From the NCBI GenBank assembly GCA_013265495.1, contig MU061538.1:2129339-2193338 (forward strand): 64,000 nt of DNA, in the 5' to 3' direction. The stretch comes from Vicugna vicugna (lineage: Eukaryota). Within the stretch, counting starts at the first letter, position 1. Every line of letters starts with the position of its first letter. Below the pieces are notes generated by a model. It was not told the DNA's origin. It was given only the letters and a program-made list of their open reading frames with translations, and made no database searches. This document shows positions 36,856-49,325 of the stretch, piece by piece. A program made the position numbers and the translations under genes.

Positions 36856-37705
36856 GGATGTGGGGACGTCTACTAAAGTGACCAGGTCTGACTTCTTTCC
36901 CTTGTCTTTTTGTCTGGACACCTAAAGGATTTCCCTTGTATTAAACTCCACAGGGCACATGACACGCAGGCGCCGGTCCAGGGCACTTGGGGGAGCTCCC
37001 TCTGCCCTCGACCCATCATGTGCAGCCCCTCCCAGGGCTCCGGCCAAAGTGAGAAGAATGTGGGATTTGGAAAAGACACCTGACTTCCACACCCAGCTCT
37101 GTTGTGGCTAGAATGTCCTGCGGCCTCTCTGAGCCCCATCCGTAAGTGGGTTTAGCACCGTCTCTGACACCTCATCTGTAGGTCTTAGGCCTGATCAGAC
37201 AAGCTCGTGCCAGTGGGAAAGGAAGGCTTTCTTGAACGGCGCCAGGAGCTGGCGGACATCTGGATGCTGTTGCCTGACACAGTCCTCCCAGAGCAGGTTA
37301 TGGGGGATATGGCCCTGGCTTTCGGGAACATGTGGTCTAGCTATGCCCACTGAGGCAACACCCACAAATTAAACATACAAAATACGTTTAAGGAACCAAG
37401 TAAACTGTTCCGAGTCAGTGGCACAGATTTCAGAGAAGGAAGTGAGAGTGGGGGCTGGGGGTCTCAGGAGGTCTTCCTGGAGAAGGAGAACTGGAGCTGG
37501 TCTCCATGGGGCAGAATTCAGAAAGGCAGAATAGGGTGGAGACTGGAGGACATCCCCCAGGGGCTTTAACCCACGGCTGAGATTCCAAATACTGATAAGG
37601 ATGCATGGCCCAGGAGGGCAAGGGAAGCACCAGCCAACCAGAAAGGACTCACCAACAGCTGGAGGCAGCCAGCATTAGCTCTTGGTTTCCTGGATGTCAG
37701 GGTGG

Positions 37706-38035
37706 TTTGATGGCAAATTTTTTGGGTCAGCTTGGCTGGGCCATAGTGCTGATAATTGGTTAAACACCAGTCCACATGTTGCTGTGAAGGTATAATTTAG
37801 ATGAGATTAGCATGTAAATCAACAGATTTTGAGTAAGGCAGATTGCCCTCCATAATGTGGGTGGGCCTTGCCCAATCAGTTGAAGGTCTTAAGAGAAAAA
37901 GACTGCAGTTCCCTGAAGAAGGAGCGTTCTGTCAGCAGACGGCCTTCAGACTCACTTGAGCTGTAGCACCAGCTCTTCCCTGGATTTCCAGTCTACCAGC
38001 CTGCCCTGCTGACTTCAGACATGCCAGCTCCCCCC
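37706..38035 (+). mobile_element. ERVL LTR, MLT2D-like
   Basis: 'gtcagcttggctgggcca...tgttgctgtgaaggta...gcagattgccctccataatgtgggtgggcct...caatcagttgaaggtcttaagagaaaaagactg'. Confidence 0.9.
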
Positions 38036-38359
38036 CCACCCCGTCACTCTGGGCCTGCATGGGGTCCTCCATTGCTGGTGCTGCGCCCTTGCAGGCCAGT
38101 GCGCCTGGTGCTGTCAACACTGCTTGAATTGATGGGGGACCCAGCCCATAACCAGAGGCCCAAGATGAGTCCTTGGTTACATGGAGTCTTGTAAGACCAC
38201 AGAAGTCTGCCCTGACCTGGCACGTTGCCCCTCTGGACCTCAGTCTCTCTCCCACCAACCCTCCCCGCCCCAGCACCAGAGAAGGCCCTCTGCGTCCTGA
38301 CTTCGTGTGCTTCTGGCTGAGTCAGAAGGAAGGAGGGAGGTGACTCCAGGGTCCCAGGT

Positions 38360-38610
38360 AGAAATGCTCTGTGGGCTGCACATGCAATTTAAACATGCTG
38401 GAGCCACGTGAAAGGTGTCACAAGAAACAGAGGAAATTACCAATGTCATGTAACCCAAGGTACCGAATACCCTTTCAGTGTGCAGGCCATATGAGAATGT
38501 GTTTACACTAGTTCACTTTCTTTTGGTGTTAGGTCTTCACACTTGGTGAATATTTTATGGTTACAGCACATCTTAAGTCAGACACTAAATTTTCAACCAT
38601 TAAGGGGAAA
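38360..38610. mobile_element. MER3/MER33-like hAT MITE
   Basis: 'ttacagcacatcttaagtcagacactaaattttca'. Confidence 0.6.
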
Positions 38611-39034
38611 TGTCATCCTACCACAATCATAAAGGTGCATTTAAAGCAAAAACAGCTTGCACTGCCTCTGACTTTCAAGCTGAATTAAAATTGGGTTCAG
38701 CCTTTCAGCCCCGCCATGCTGCATGTAGGGTGCCACCCAGCGGCCGAGCCTGGGAGTGCAGGGTCCAGCCGGGGATTCGAAACCTTCCTGAATACTGATT
38801 GTGATGGTGGTGCTTGAATTTGTACGCACACTTTCGGTGGCGGAAAGGAAAGCGAGGCAAAGCAGTGGTTTGTGTGTTCATTCCCGGTTCCCAAATCACT
38901 GTGGTGACTGCATTTGGCACGTGCAGGGTTGTCTGGTGTCCTTAGCCACCTACTCTGGCTGCCGTGATGGGCTGAGCCTGCGGAAGGTGATGAAGCGTCC
39001 GAGCCCAATGGCTGGATTGCAGAGCTGGTGGCCG

Positions 39035-39394
39035 TCTCGGTCAGCTCAGGTGCCCAGGACAAACTGGACCTCAGTTTGAGGTCCCTGAGTACACAGAACT
39101 GGGTACTCACAGCTCTGGAGGCTGGAAGTCCAAGATCAAGGTGCCATCGGGTCGGTCCAGCGGAGACCTCTCTTCCTGGCTTGCAGAGGGCGTCTTCTCG
39201 CTGTCTGCCCCTGCGGCCTCTTCTCTGCGTGCATTCAGAAGAGTGCTCTGGTGTTTCTTCTTACAAGGTCCACCACCCTTACGACCTCGTGTAACCTGAA
39301 TTACTATCCTAAAGTCTTCGTCTCCAAATTCAATCACACTGAGGGTTAGGGCTACAACACATGACTTTTGGAGAACACATTTCAGTCCACAACA
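39035..39394 (-). mobile_element. MaLR solo LTR, MLT1A-like
   Basis: 'ctcacagctctggaggctggaagtccaagatcaaggtgcca...tctccaaattcaatcacactgagggttagggctacaacacatga...acatttcagtccacaaca'. Confidence 0.9.
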
Positions 39395-39507
39395 GTGGCA
39401 GTCACCCCATTTTATAGCTGGCAACTGAGGTTAAGTCTTGCTCAAAATCATGCAGAGCCGGGAATGGGCCAGGCCGTCAGGCCCCTGAGCGCCCATTCTC
39501 CCGTGAG

Positions 39508-39997
39508 TGTTCACAGTCTCTTTGCCTCTGGTCCCCGTGGACAAAAAGATTGATCCACAGTCAATCTAAGAAAGAAATGGAAGGTTTTACTGGAGTGAAT
39601 CTGGGGGTTATAACCCGGGAGACGTTTTCTCACAGAGAACTCTGAGGACTGCTCCGAAGAAGCAAGGGGTGGGGAGGTCAGCATAGCTGTAATTTGGGGG
39701 GAAGGGGGAACGTGCAGCCAAGCACTCATCCGGGTAGAAGCTCCTGCTGGTCCCAGGGAGCAGGTATCTTAGTTGATGGTTTGAGTGCTTGTCTAAGTAG
39801 GGGAAGATGCAAGACATCGGGTTCTTAAAACTTTCTCTTGAAAATATCTAACCATCTGAGGGCCAATTTTATCAGTTTTCCAGAGACCAAAGTGCCTCCT
39901 CCTGACCTTAGCCCTGAATTCCTTTCAGGATGTGAACTGCAGCGGCTCTTGACTTGGTTCTTGTAGAACTGGATGGTGCAACATTTTTTATTTCGCA
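39508..39997 (-). mobile_element. ERV (class I-like) 3' LTR
   Basis: Minus strand runs TG...CA over 490 bp. It is preceded by the purine tract GAAAGGGAAAGG (40000-40011) and has an AGTAAA poly(A)-like signal at 39586-91. Confidence 0.7.
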
Positions 39998-40430
39998 ATC
40001 CTTTCCCTTTCGGTTCTAATTTTGACTCAGGTTTGGAAGGCATTTCCTGGCCGATTTGTCCCAAGGCGCCGGGAGTGCTCGCTCCAGGGTCAGGCAAGGC
40101 CTCCGCTGATGTGCCACTCCCTGCGCTGTTACTGGACTGGGCCCTGCTAGCAGTGGCCCAAGGCCTCTGCCTGCCTGTCTTACTGGTCTGTTACGGTTCG
40201 GGAAATGGTATTCCATACCCAGAGCTGCATGCCTGCAGTCGTTGGCCTTACAGGGCCGCATGTTTGAGCAATGGTTTCCAGCTGCTTAGTCGTCATTGAT
40301 TCTGTCTGAGACACAGGCTTGCGTCTGATAACGCAGGAAGTGCGAGCCTGGCGGAACACACGGAACGCGGCAGCTAGCAGCACTAGTAAGGCCGCACTTC
40401 TCTTTGTTCTAGAAAAGCGTCTAAGCACTT
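39998..40430 (-). mobile_element. ERV internal remnant: PPT and degenerate env TM/cytoplasmic tail
   Basis: PPT abuts the LTR. ORF 40180-40428 encodes a hydrophobic 'AALLVLLAAAFRVF' followed by a tail-like segment. Confidence 0.5.
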
Positions 40431-40800
40431 GAGCTAAGACCTTCTGTTAGGTGAGGCCCAGTGTCTCCCCAGGTCGTCTGACCGGCCTGTTCTGCACCGG
40501 TTGCTGCCTCTAAGGGAAGTGATGCGCCGGCATTGTACACAAGGTCCACCAAAGATGTCTGCACGTCCAGGGTGAGCGGTGGGTCACCTTGACCCCGTGC
40601 AGGGTTGAGAGAGGAATGCTACCTCCTAAGGAGTTCCACGGCTGGTGCCAGAAGAGAGAACACTTTACCTTTATGGTTGAGCAGGCATTTCTGGTGAACA
40701 CACAGTGCCGATGCAGATTGCACTCCAGAGAGCAGGCAGGAGGCCCAGGCGGGCAGAGAAAAACTGTGCGCTTAAAATTTTCTTGTCTTGTCATGACAAA
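40430..40800 (-). mobile_element. ERV-related LTR-like segment
   Basis: 'ggtgccagaag...tttacctttatggttgagcaggcatttctg...aaaattttcttgtcttg' resembles artiodactyl ERV LTR sequence from recall only. Confidence 0.35.
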
Positions 40801-43659
40801 GGTCGGGAGAGGCCAGAGGGGAGGAGGGGCGGGGGTTTGAGAAGAAGGTTGATTCTGTGTGCTTGATCGTTTTACCCTTTTCAGAGACATGAACTGGAAA
40901 GCCACAGACACGTTTCTCTTTGTTCTAGAAAGGGGCCTAAGTAACTGATTTCCACGAAGCGAGCAAGCGCCTCACCTCATGCTGCTGTTTGCAGCTGCCA
41001 TCAGCGTCTCTCTGCTCCTCCTTGTCCTTCGTGGATGGACACCCAGACCGGCACAGACGTCCCGTAGACAAACCTGGTCCTCCAAGGCTTCCTAGGCAGC
41101 CGAGGGGTCAGGGCGGCTGGAGAAGGGCCACAGGCCCCGTGGGCAGAGGGGAGAGAGGGGAGCTCCTGGGCTCCCCAGGATGGACACCGGTGTTGGGGTG
41201 CATGTGAGCAAGGGTCCCCACAGGCTTCCCGGAAGCTGGAGGAAGGCCTCTGGGCTTGTGACTGTGCATTCTGTGCGGAGGCTGGTCTGGGAAGCGGCTG
41301 GGCCCCACCCCTCCAGGCTCTGTGCACAGCTTCAACCCGAGTCACGTAGCCCCAAGAGGCACAGGGCCCAGCTGGGCAGCGGACGCTGAACTGTTTGTCA
41401 CTCTCAGGCTCCCTGAGACGTAGGGGAATCTGAGCAGCACCGCGGTCAGGAAGCACTGGGACCCGCCAGGCGGGCCCTCCCCAGTCCCGTTAGGCAGGGT
41501 TGGCCCAATGGGGTTCCATTCTTGAGGTCCAGTTATCCCAGTCCCCAGGCCCCTTGGATGGTGCTTGAATGAGCCTGTCTCTACAGCCTCCCATTTTTAT
41601 GCCCCCAGAACTGTACCTTCCAGTCTGAGCACCCTGCCCGACGCACCAGCGTGCCTGGAGGGACTGCGCGGGGCCGCGGCAGCAGGAGGACTGGCGGGTG
41701 GCCAGGAGCAGCTCCGGCCTGCCCGGGGTGCAGCTGCTGCTCCTTCCACCCGGTGAGCCTAGGATGCCACCGGGTCGAAGAGCGTGAGCGTCAGTGCAGT
41801 TTCTCAGGCAGGTTGGGAGGGACATCATGGGAAGACCGGGCTCACCGCAGGGCTTGGACCGTTTGAATCAGCATCAGGAGAGATGTGGGCCTGTGGGTCA
41901 CACCCAGATCAGCAAGTGGAGGCCACAGGGCCGGGCGTCCAGGTGTGGATGGAGGTGGAGGGAGGATCAGGCCCGGGCCCCTCCCCCCGGCATCTTCTCC
42001 ATCTCTGGGCTTTTCCTTTTGCCTGTGTTCCGATTTAGGGCAACGTAACTGGGGAGGCCTCTCCATTATCTTGGCGGACAGGCCGTTGGCAGCGCCCTGC
42101 CACGCCGCTGCTTCCCGACGGAAAGGCAGGCCACACGCGCCATCGACAGGGGCAGCCTCTCCCGCTGGCTCGGCGGGCCCAGCCAGGACGGGCCTCTGCC
42201 TGGGAAGCTGCGGCCAGACCCCCTGCCCCAGGGCGCCAGCCTGGGGAGGTTGCTGCCCCACCAGCAGCTGCTCCTGTGGCTCCTGGTCCTGCAGAGGGTG
42301 GGCCCACCTCCCACTCCTGCAGGTGCCACTGGCAAGAGAAAGTGCTGTGGACAACGTGGCTTGGTTTTGGGGGCAGCTGACATTTACCAAGAACCTGCCA
42401 CAGCCGACAGAGAGGACGTATGTGGCCCCACGTGGCCTTGACTGAAGAGGCTGATTTTAGTGACACCGAGTGTGAAATAAGGTTGCTCAGAGCTGCATGG
42501 AATCGGGTCGTAACCTGTCTAGCGACTACTTCGTTCTCCAGAAGACAGGGCCGTGGGGCAGGTGGGAGACAGTCGGGAAGGTCCCTGGGGCCGGCTCAGC
42601 GTCTGCACACACTGAGTAGGGCAGAGGCCTGGGGGTGGTCGCAGAAAGTCCAGGGCCCCAGCTGCCACTTCTGCAGCTTTGCCCGCATGTCCTCACTTTC
42701 TGAGCAGCCGGGAGGGGACACAGGCTGGTGGCAGGTTCCAGAGTCCTGGCTCTTAATCATATTAGCAAGAATCATACAAGTAAAATTGGTCTTTATGGAA
42801 AATGTAGAAAAGCAGAAAGAAAATGGAAGTCCAGAGGCTGTGCTGTGAAGAGTTCACTTCACCTGGATAGCAATCTGGCCTGTGCCCTGGGCCACTGAGA
42901 GGTGGCCTCCAGGCCCTGGAATGTCTTGTTTATAGGGGTGTCTTTGTTGGCCTGGGGTTTTGGCCAGCGGACAGTCTGTCGATGTGCCTTGTGACTTGGC
43001 TTGGATAGCCATGGCCCTGAGGCCAAACCCCAGGCCTTCCGACCTGAGCCTCGCTTGTTTTTCATCCTCATGCACGTCTGCGTTCCTTGAGGCCTCATGT
43101 GCCAAACTCCCCTGATGATCAGGAGTGATACTACCCTGTTCATCGCCCTCAGGCCCCTGAGATGTCCAGGGAGTGGGGGCTGACGCTGGGAACTCACCCC
43201 AGAGCGTCTGGTTCCTTTGGCCTGGGTGTGGTGCAGACATCAAAGTTAGAAACTGCCCCTCAGTGATTCTCCTGTACCCAGCTTGAGAAGCCCTGGCCTG
43301 TGGTGCAGTCTGCTTTGCAGTGAGGTTGTCCCCGAACCAGCCGAGGTCCTAGCGCAGCCCCTGAAGATTTTTGTTGCTGTCGCTGAACATGAGAAAGGCC
43401 CACTCCTTCCCAAACCGGGGGCCCTGGGCCTCGGGGCTGGACACCTGCCCCAGCTCTCAGCTGCTCTGCCCAGAATTCGTCATCCACTCCCTTGCATAGC
43501 TTTTCCAGGACTTCCCTCCCATCCGCTGCAGGACAGAAGTCCTCACTGCCCAGCAGGAGACATTCAGGAGTGTCCTTGTCGACATGTACCCCCGGCTAGC
43601 TTCGTGGCAACGGCTGTGATACTAACGTTCACTAAAGGTTACCGTGCGGCAGGTGCAGC

Positions 43660-43830
43660 TCAAAATGCCTCACCTTTACATCGTCTCCTGATCTCTGCTG
43701 AGGCTGGTAGATCAGTACGAGACCCGTATCACAGACGAGGGAGGCAAAGCTCAGAGAGGTTGAGCTTCCTGGTCTGAGTCACACAACATGGGGCAGGTCT
43801 AGGTGTGGCCCCGGCTGCCCGACCCAGGAC
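43660..43830 (-). mobile_element. MIR SINE
   Basis: 'gctcagagaggttgag...gtcacacaac' is the MIR core. Confidence 0.6.
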
Positions 43831-45914
43831 TTGAGGGGTCAGCCTCCGCGCCGTGCTCCCCCAGCTCTGCAGCCCAAGCCCCATGCGGGCACGCCTCTGC
43901 GTCCACCACGCTCCCTACCTGCCTTTGCACAGGCTGCTTCCTCTGCCGTGACGAGCCGCCCCCTGCCGCCCCAACGGCCTGGAGAGCCGCCCCGGGACTT
44001 CCGCACTCAGTTTCCTGAAGAGACTTTCCTGCCTCTGAGCACCCTTCCTACCCCTCCCGCCGTACGCACGGCCACTCGGTGCAGGTGTTCGCACTGCCCG
44101 GGTCCTCCGGAGCAAGCGCAGGCCTCCCTTCCCTCCAAGCCGGCCCCTCCGCGGTGCCCCGTGCGAAGGCGGGAGGAGGAAGGAACCGCCCCAGACTTGC
44201 GGGAAAGCAACAGTGGACGTTTTGTCATTGCTTAATAGTCGGTGCCACGCGGAGTGTCCCTAATCAGCCTGCCTGAGCAGTACGGCACCTTGCTGCGCGT
44301 CCGAGAGCGCTCAGCCCACACCACTGGGGGCGTAGCTGTCACTCCTGTGGGCTTGATTAAAACGCTGCAACCCCGACAAGTGCTGCCTGTTTACCTCCCT
44401 GTAGGGTTAGGTTAACTCCACGCACTGGTTACTTGTTGTGATTTCACCGCCCAGGAGAGGGGGCCCCAGAGCGGCTTCAGACCCCCCTGCCGGAGGCTGA
44501 GCGGTCACACCCCCCGCGTCCTGTCGCCAGGCCCTCCTCTCTCGGTTGACGGCGAGTCTCTGTCCCTTAAACACCCCTTGGACCAGCTGCTCCTCTGTCT
44601 TCCTGCTGGTTCTCGCCTGACAGCGGTAAACTGTTTTCTGACCCATGCTATCAGGTCTTTTTGTGACTTCTGAATTAATAGCAATTCCTTAACTTGTATT
44701 TGTCAGAGGTATGCCTGAAGCATGGATGAGCGTGTTATCGCTGGCCGGCTTGGTTATCATCTGCCTCCAGGGAGACTGAAGTTGTGACAAGAGCCTCCGC
44801 TTCTAGAGCGCCGCCGCGGGAGTCACCCTCCGGTTCCAAGGGCACTTCCCCGCGGCAGCACAGCACGTGCAAGCCAGGTTCCTTCCTGGATCGCTCAAGA
44901 AGAGACGCAGCTGCTGAATGGAGGGGTGGCCGTCAGGGGATGCCCTGCCCCGAGTTCCTCCAAGGGGACCTCTTCCTCCCTCAGCCCCGCCGGCCCCGAG
45001 CTGGGACGTTAGTCTGTCCTTGTGGGGGCGGATCTCCGAGCAGCTCAGGGCACAGGTGCGAAGTCACCCCATTTTCAGATCAGCGCCTTTACCGGACATT
45101 GGACAGCCAGGCCCTGCCCCTTCACTGGGGAGGCCAGGCTCACGTTAGGGTCCCACGTCCGTGACCCCCCATCCATTCCAGTAACCCCCAGCTCCCAGAC
45201 CGATTTTCTCCAGGGTTCCTCCCCCAAAGTGGGAGGTGAAGACGTCCTGCTACACTTTCCTGCCAGGTCCCCCTCCTCCCAGGCTCCCGGGGGTCATTAA
45301 TTGAATAATCACACACATCTCCCAAGAACTAATGATACATTTCAGGGGCGGTGTGCTATAAACTTTTTTTTTAATTAACATTTTCCTGAAGGAAATGAGC
45401 CCTTTCCTGAAGGAAACCGTCTGCAGAGGTGCGAATAGGCCCACAGCACAAGCCTGACCCCTGACGCAGTCACCCGGTGGTTCCTTCATGGGACTTTTAT
45501 TTCTGAAGGAAAAACAGAATCCCACCCACTGAAGTTATTTTCCCAAAGGAGAGGTCTAGATGCAAAGATACATTAAAGAATTCACGTCTGGATGGGGAAA
45601 AAAATGTAGCTATAAAATGGTGACAACCAAGCCACCTCACCCGCAGTTGCCAGCCGTCAGGGTTTGAGGAGCAAGCGTGGCTGGACCGCCCCCAGCCCAC
45701 GTCCTGTAATCGCTCTAATGAACATAATGAATCTGTTCCCAGCTCTATGAAGACACAGCCCTTGCCTTGACGGAGCAAATACAAGCCACAGTAATTAGGG
45801 TGCGGGTGACCAGGCCCCCCACGGGAGGGCACAGTCTGCGAGGGAGCTGGGCTCTCCCGGCAAGGGCACCAGGGCCGGGCCGGAGCTGCCCGTGCAACGA
45901 CTGCACACCTGCGT

Positions 45915-46220
45915 TTCCAGAGAACCCGTGTTGAAACACGCGGTGTGACGGTGTTAGGAGGTGGGGCCTGTGGGAGGGTGGAGCCCCCCGAATGGAGTGA
46001 GTGTCCTTACCAAAGAGACCCCGAGAGCTCCCTGCCCCCTTCCATCCTGTTCAGCTCAAGTGAAAAGCAGCCGTCTAGGAGGTGAGTTCTCACCAGACCC
46101 AGAGTCTGCTGGCGCCGTGGCCCCGGCCTCCCCAGCCCCCTAGCTGTGAGGAATCAGTTTCGGGTTCATAAACCGCCAAGTCTAGGGTGTTCTGCTATGG
46201 CACCCCAAGTGGGCTGAGAC
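45915..46220 (+). mobile_element. MaLR solo LTR, MLT1A-like
   Basis: 'gtgacggtgttaggaggtggggcct...aaagagaccccgagagctccct...ctcaccagacccagagtctgctggcgcc...ctgagac'. Confidence 0.85.
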
Positions 46221-47027
46221 CCTGTGGAGAAGCTCTTGTCTGAGAGGCGCCGTCCAGTACCGAGCTGCGCCCTGGATCCCCCGGGCTGTGTTTGCCGTCC
46301 TGCAGGGGCCATGTGCTGTTCGCACAGCTCTGCTGATAAGCATGCATGCCGTTTTCTAGTCGCAGAATTTAGCCAAGGTTTCCCTTAGAAAGAGCGCCAA
46401 CGGAAACCCTTTAATCCGTCGCCAAGCAGTCACCACCCAGTGCAGCCTGCAGAGAAGAGCCTGGGTTAGTACGGTGTTAACTCATCGACCTGTGCGGACG
46501 GGTGAGTCCCTGTGACCTGCCGAGGCCAGGACTTTAACACGCATTCTGTCTCACACGAGCCGTCCTTCCTGCGCTCTGAAGGCTCTGGGGGCCCGTGTGA
46601 CGTCGGGCTCAGCTCGGATGACTGTGGGCAGGCGGTGCTTTGGGAAGTCCGTGCGAGTTGGCACAGGTCGCCGGGGGCTGAGGTGGCGCGTGGGCCGGGC
46701 CTCCAGGCTCGCACCTGTGGCTTCACCGTCTCAGCAGCAACCCCTGGTCGTGGGGAGCAGCGTCCTCCCCCCGGGACGAGGTCGGGGATGCGATCATCTG
46801 CCCCCCTGACCCTCCTCCTTTGCGCAACTCAGATGTCACCAGTGCGTCACATCGGCTGTCCAGCCGGACCCAGAGGGGGCGGAAGATCCCTTGTCCACCC
46901 CCACCTGGACAAGGAGAGGCTCCTGGCGCCCCCGCCCGCTGAGGGGCTGCAGCACCAGGGCTGAGATCTGGGTGCCTCCCTGGGCTAGTGACCACCGCAG
47001 TTCCCTCACGGTGGCCACCTCATCTGC

Positions 47028-47455
47028 CGTATCCGTTTCCGAGAGTTGCTGTAACAAAGCACCACAGACTGGCTGCCTGAAAAACAAAGACAAGACAAAA
47101 ACTTATTCTCTCACAGTTCTGGATCCAGAAGCTAAAAGTCAAGGTGTCGACAGGGTTGGCTCCGTCTGGAGGCTCTGGGGGGAGTCTGTCCAGGCCCCGC
47201 TCCTGGCTCTCGGTGGTTCCCGGCCGTCTGTGGCGCTCGTCACCCCGGAGACGCATCGCCCGGGCCTCGGCCTCCCTCCCTGTGTGTCTCCTTCCCTGTC
47301 CCTCCTGTAAGGACGCCCGCCACTGGACTCGGGGCGCACGGTAATCCAGGATGAGCCCGCTTCCAGTCACACGTGCGAAGACCCTGTGCCCAGTTGGGGT
47401 CACGCTGGCACGTTCTGGGTGTGTGTGTCTTCGGGGGGACACCACTCAGCTAGCC
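47028..47455 (-). mobile_element. MaLR solo LTR, MLT1C-like
   Basis: 'gttgctgtaacaaagcaccacagactgg...ttattctctcacagttctgga...tcaaggtgtcgacagggttgg...taatccaggatga'. Confidence 0.88.
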
Positions 47456-48049
47456 GCGCCGGACAGTGCGGTGGCCCTGCCGTGAGTTCCTGGGCCTGGC
47501 CCCCCGGATCAGCGATTGCTGTGCTGTCCTTAACCGCGGTGCTACGACGGCAAGGCCTCGGCTTTCCTTCTCACAGGCCCGCGGTGGGCTGCTGGCGAGG
47601 GGTCGCCTGGGTGTGCCTGGACTGGAGAGCCCGGCTCTGGGCTGCGGGGTGGGCCCAGGCCTGCTCCACGCACCTCTTCCTTTCCCTTGGACCAGTGTCC
47701 AGCCTGGGCATGTTCCTCTGATGACAAACAGTTGGACCACAAGGGGTGAAGCCAAAACACTCAGGCACATTGGAGCCTCTGCTTTTGTCCTGCCCTTTAT
47801 ATCACACAGGCCAAGGCCTGTCACCTGGGCCAACCAGCATGGACGGGGTGCGAGTGTACTGTCCCCGCAGGGAAGGGGCAGCAAGACGACGTGGACAGGG
47901 TGTGGATATCCAGAGGGTACACTGCCGCGTGTCACTGCCAGGTCACCAGGCATGCGGAGACCTGGCCCGACTAAGCAGTGCCAGGGGGCCTCGGGCTGCA
48001 CTGCCACCAGCACGGGGGCCTGCGTCCCCAGGGGCCTGTGGCACTTGGC

Positions 48050-48354
48050 GTTTCCAAATCTCCAGCTTTTGCCAATCAAATGAGTGTAAAGTGATAGCGC
48101 ACTGTTTTAATCTGTGTTTCTCTGATTAATGGTGACGCGGGCACTTCTTCATTTGCTTAATGCCTCTCTGGGTTTCCTTTCTGTTAACCAACCTGTTGGG
48201 CCCCTTTACCCATATCCTGTTGGCGCTGGCATCCTTGTGGCTGGTGTAAGAATGCTTTTTAATGGTGTGTCAGTTTTGGACGTTACACTGTCTCCCCCCA
48301 TCCCTGCTGTCTGCCACGACTGAGCCCAGGGTGTCCGTGGAAGAGAAACCCTTA
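48050..48354 (-). mobile_element. Old L1M fragment (left half; continues at 56588-56800)
   Basis: 'ttttgccaatc...gttttaatctgtgtttctctgatta' is antisense ORF2-like. It is split by an insertion with the TSD gagaaaccctta. Confidence 0.65.
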
Positions 48355-49325
48355 CTTTTTATTTTATCTTATTTTATTTTTTATTGCAGCATAGTTGATT
48401 TACAGTGTTGTGTTAGTTTCTGGTGTACAGCATCATGTTCAGTCAACATACATCTATATGTTCTTTTTTATATTGCTTTTCGCTATAGGTTATTACAAGC
48501 TATTGAATCTAGTTCCCTGTGCTGTACAGTAGGACTTTTTTTTTGTTTATTTTACGTACAGTAGTTTGTGTCTGCAAATCCTGAACTCCTAATTTATCCC
48601 TCCCCCCTCACTTCCCCTTTGGTAACCAGAAGTTTGTTTCTGTGTCTGTGAGTATCTGCTTTGTAAATAAGTTCATTTGTATCATTTTTTAGATTCCGCA
48701 TGTAAGTGATGTCATGTATTTGTCTTTCTCTATCTGACTTACTTCACTTAGTATGATCATCTCGAGGTCCATCCATGTTGCTGCAAATGGCTTTACTTCA
48801 TCTTTTTTTTTTTTTTTGCTCTTTCTCTCTTTTTTTAATGGAGATATTGGGAATNNNNNNNNNNNNNNNNNNNNNNNNNNNNNNNNNNNNNNNNNNNNNN
48901 NNNNNNNNNNNNNNNNNNNNNNNNNNNNNNNNNNNNNNNNNNNNNNNNNNNNNNNNNNNNNNNNNNNNNNNNNNNNNNNNNNNNNNNNNNNNNNNNNNNN
49001 NNNNNNNNNNNNNNNNNNNNNNNNNNNNNNNNNNNNNNNNNNNNNNNNNNNNNNNNNNTTTTTTTTTGTTTATTTTACGTACAGTAGTTTGTGTCTGCAA
49101 ATCCTGAACTCCTAATTTATCCCTCCCCCCTCACTTCCCCTTTGGTAACCAGAAGTTTGTTTCTGTGTCTGTGAGTATCTGCTTTGTAAATAAGTTCATT
49201 TGTATCATTTTTTAGATTCCGCATGTAAGTGATGTCATGTATTTGTCTTTCTCTATCTGACTTACTTCACTTAGTATGATCATCTCGAGGTCCATCCATG
49301 TTGCTGCAAATGGCTTTACTTCATC
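48355..49325 (-). mobile_element. Cetartiodactyl L1 3' portion (includes the assembly gap and duplication)
   Basis: T-rich tail followed by 'atagttgatttacagtgttgtgttagtttctggtgtacagc...gacttacttcacttagtatgat...tccatgttgctgcaaatggc'. It resumes at 56271. Confidence 0.9.
48855..49058. other. Assembly gap (204 N)
   Basis: Run of N. Confidence 1.

Noticed and set aside
44405..44710. Possible LTR fragment
   Set aside because: Could not assign a family or termini with confidence.
21634..45722. Exact 14-mer ATCGCTCTAATGAA at 21634 and 45709
   Set aside because: Several 14-bp matches are expected by chance within 64 kb.
48753..49115. ORFs spanning the N run
   Set aside because: Artefacts of the gap.
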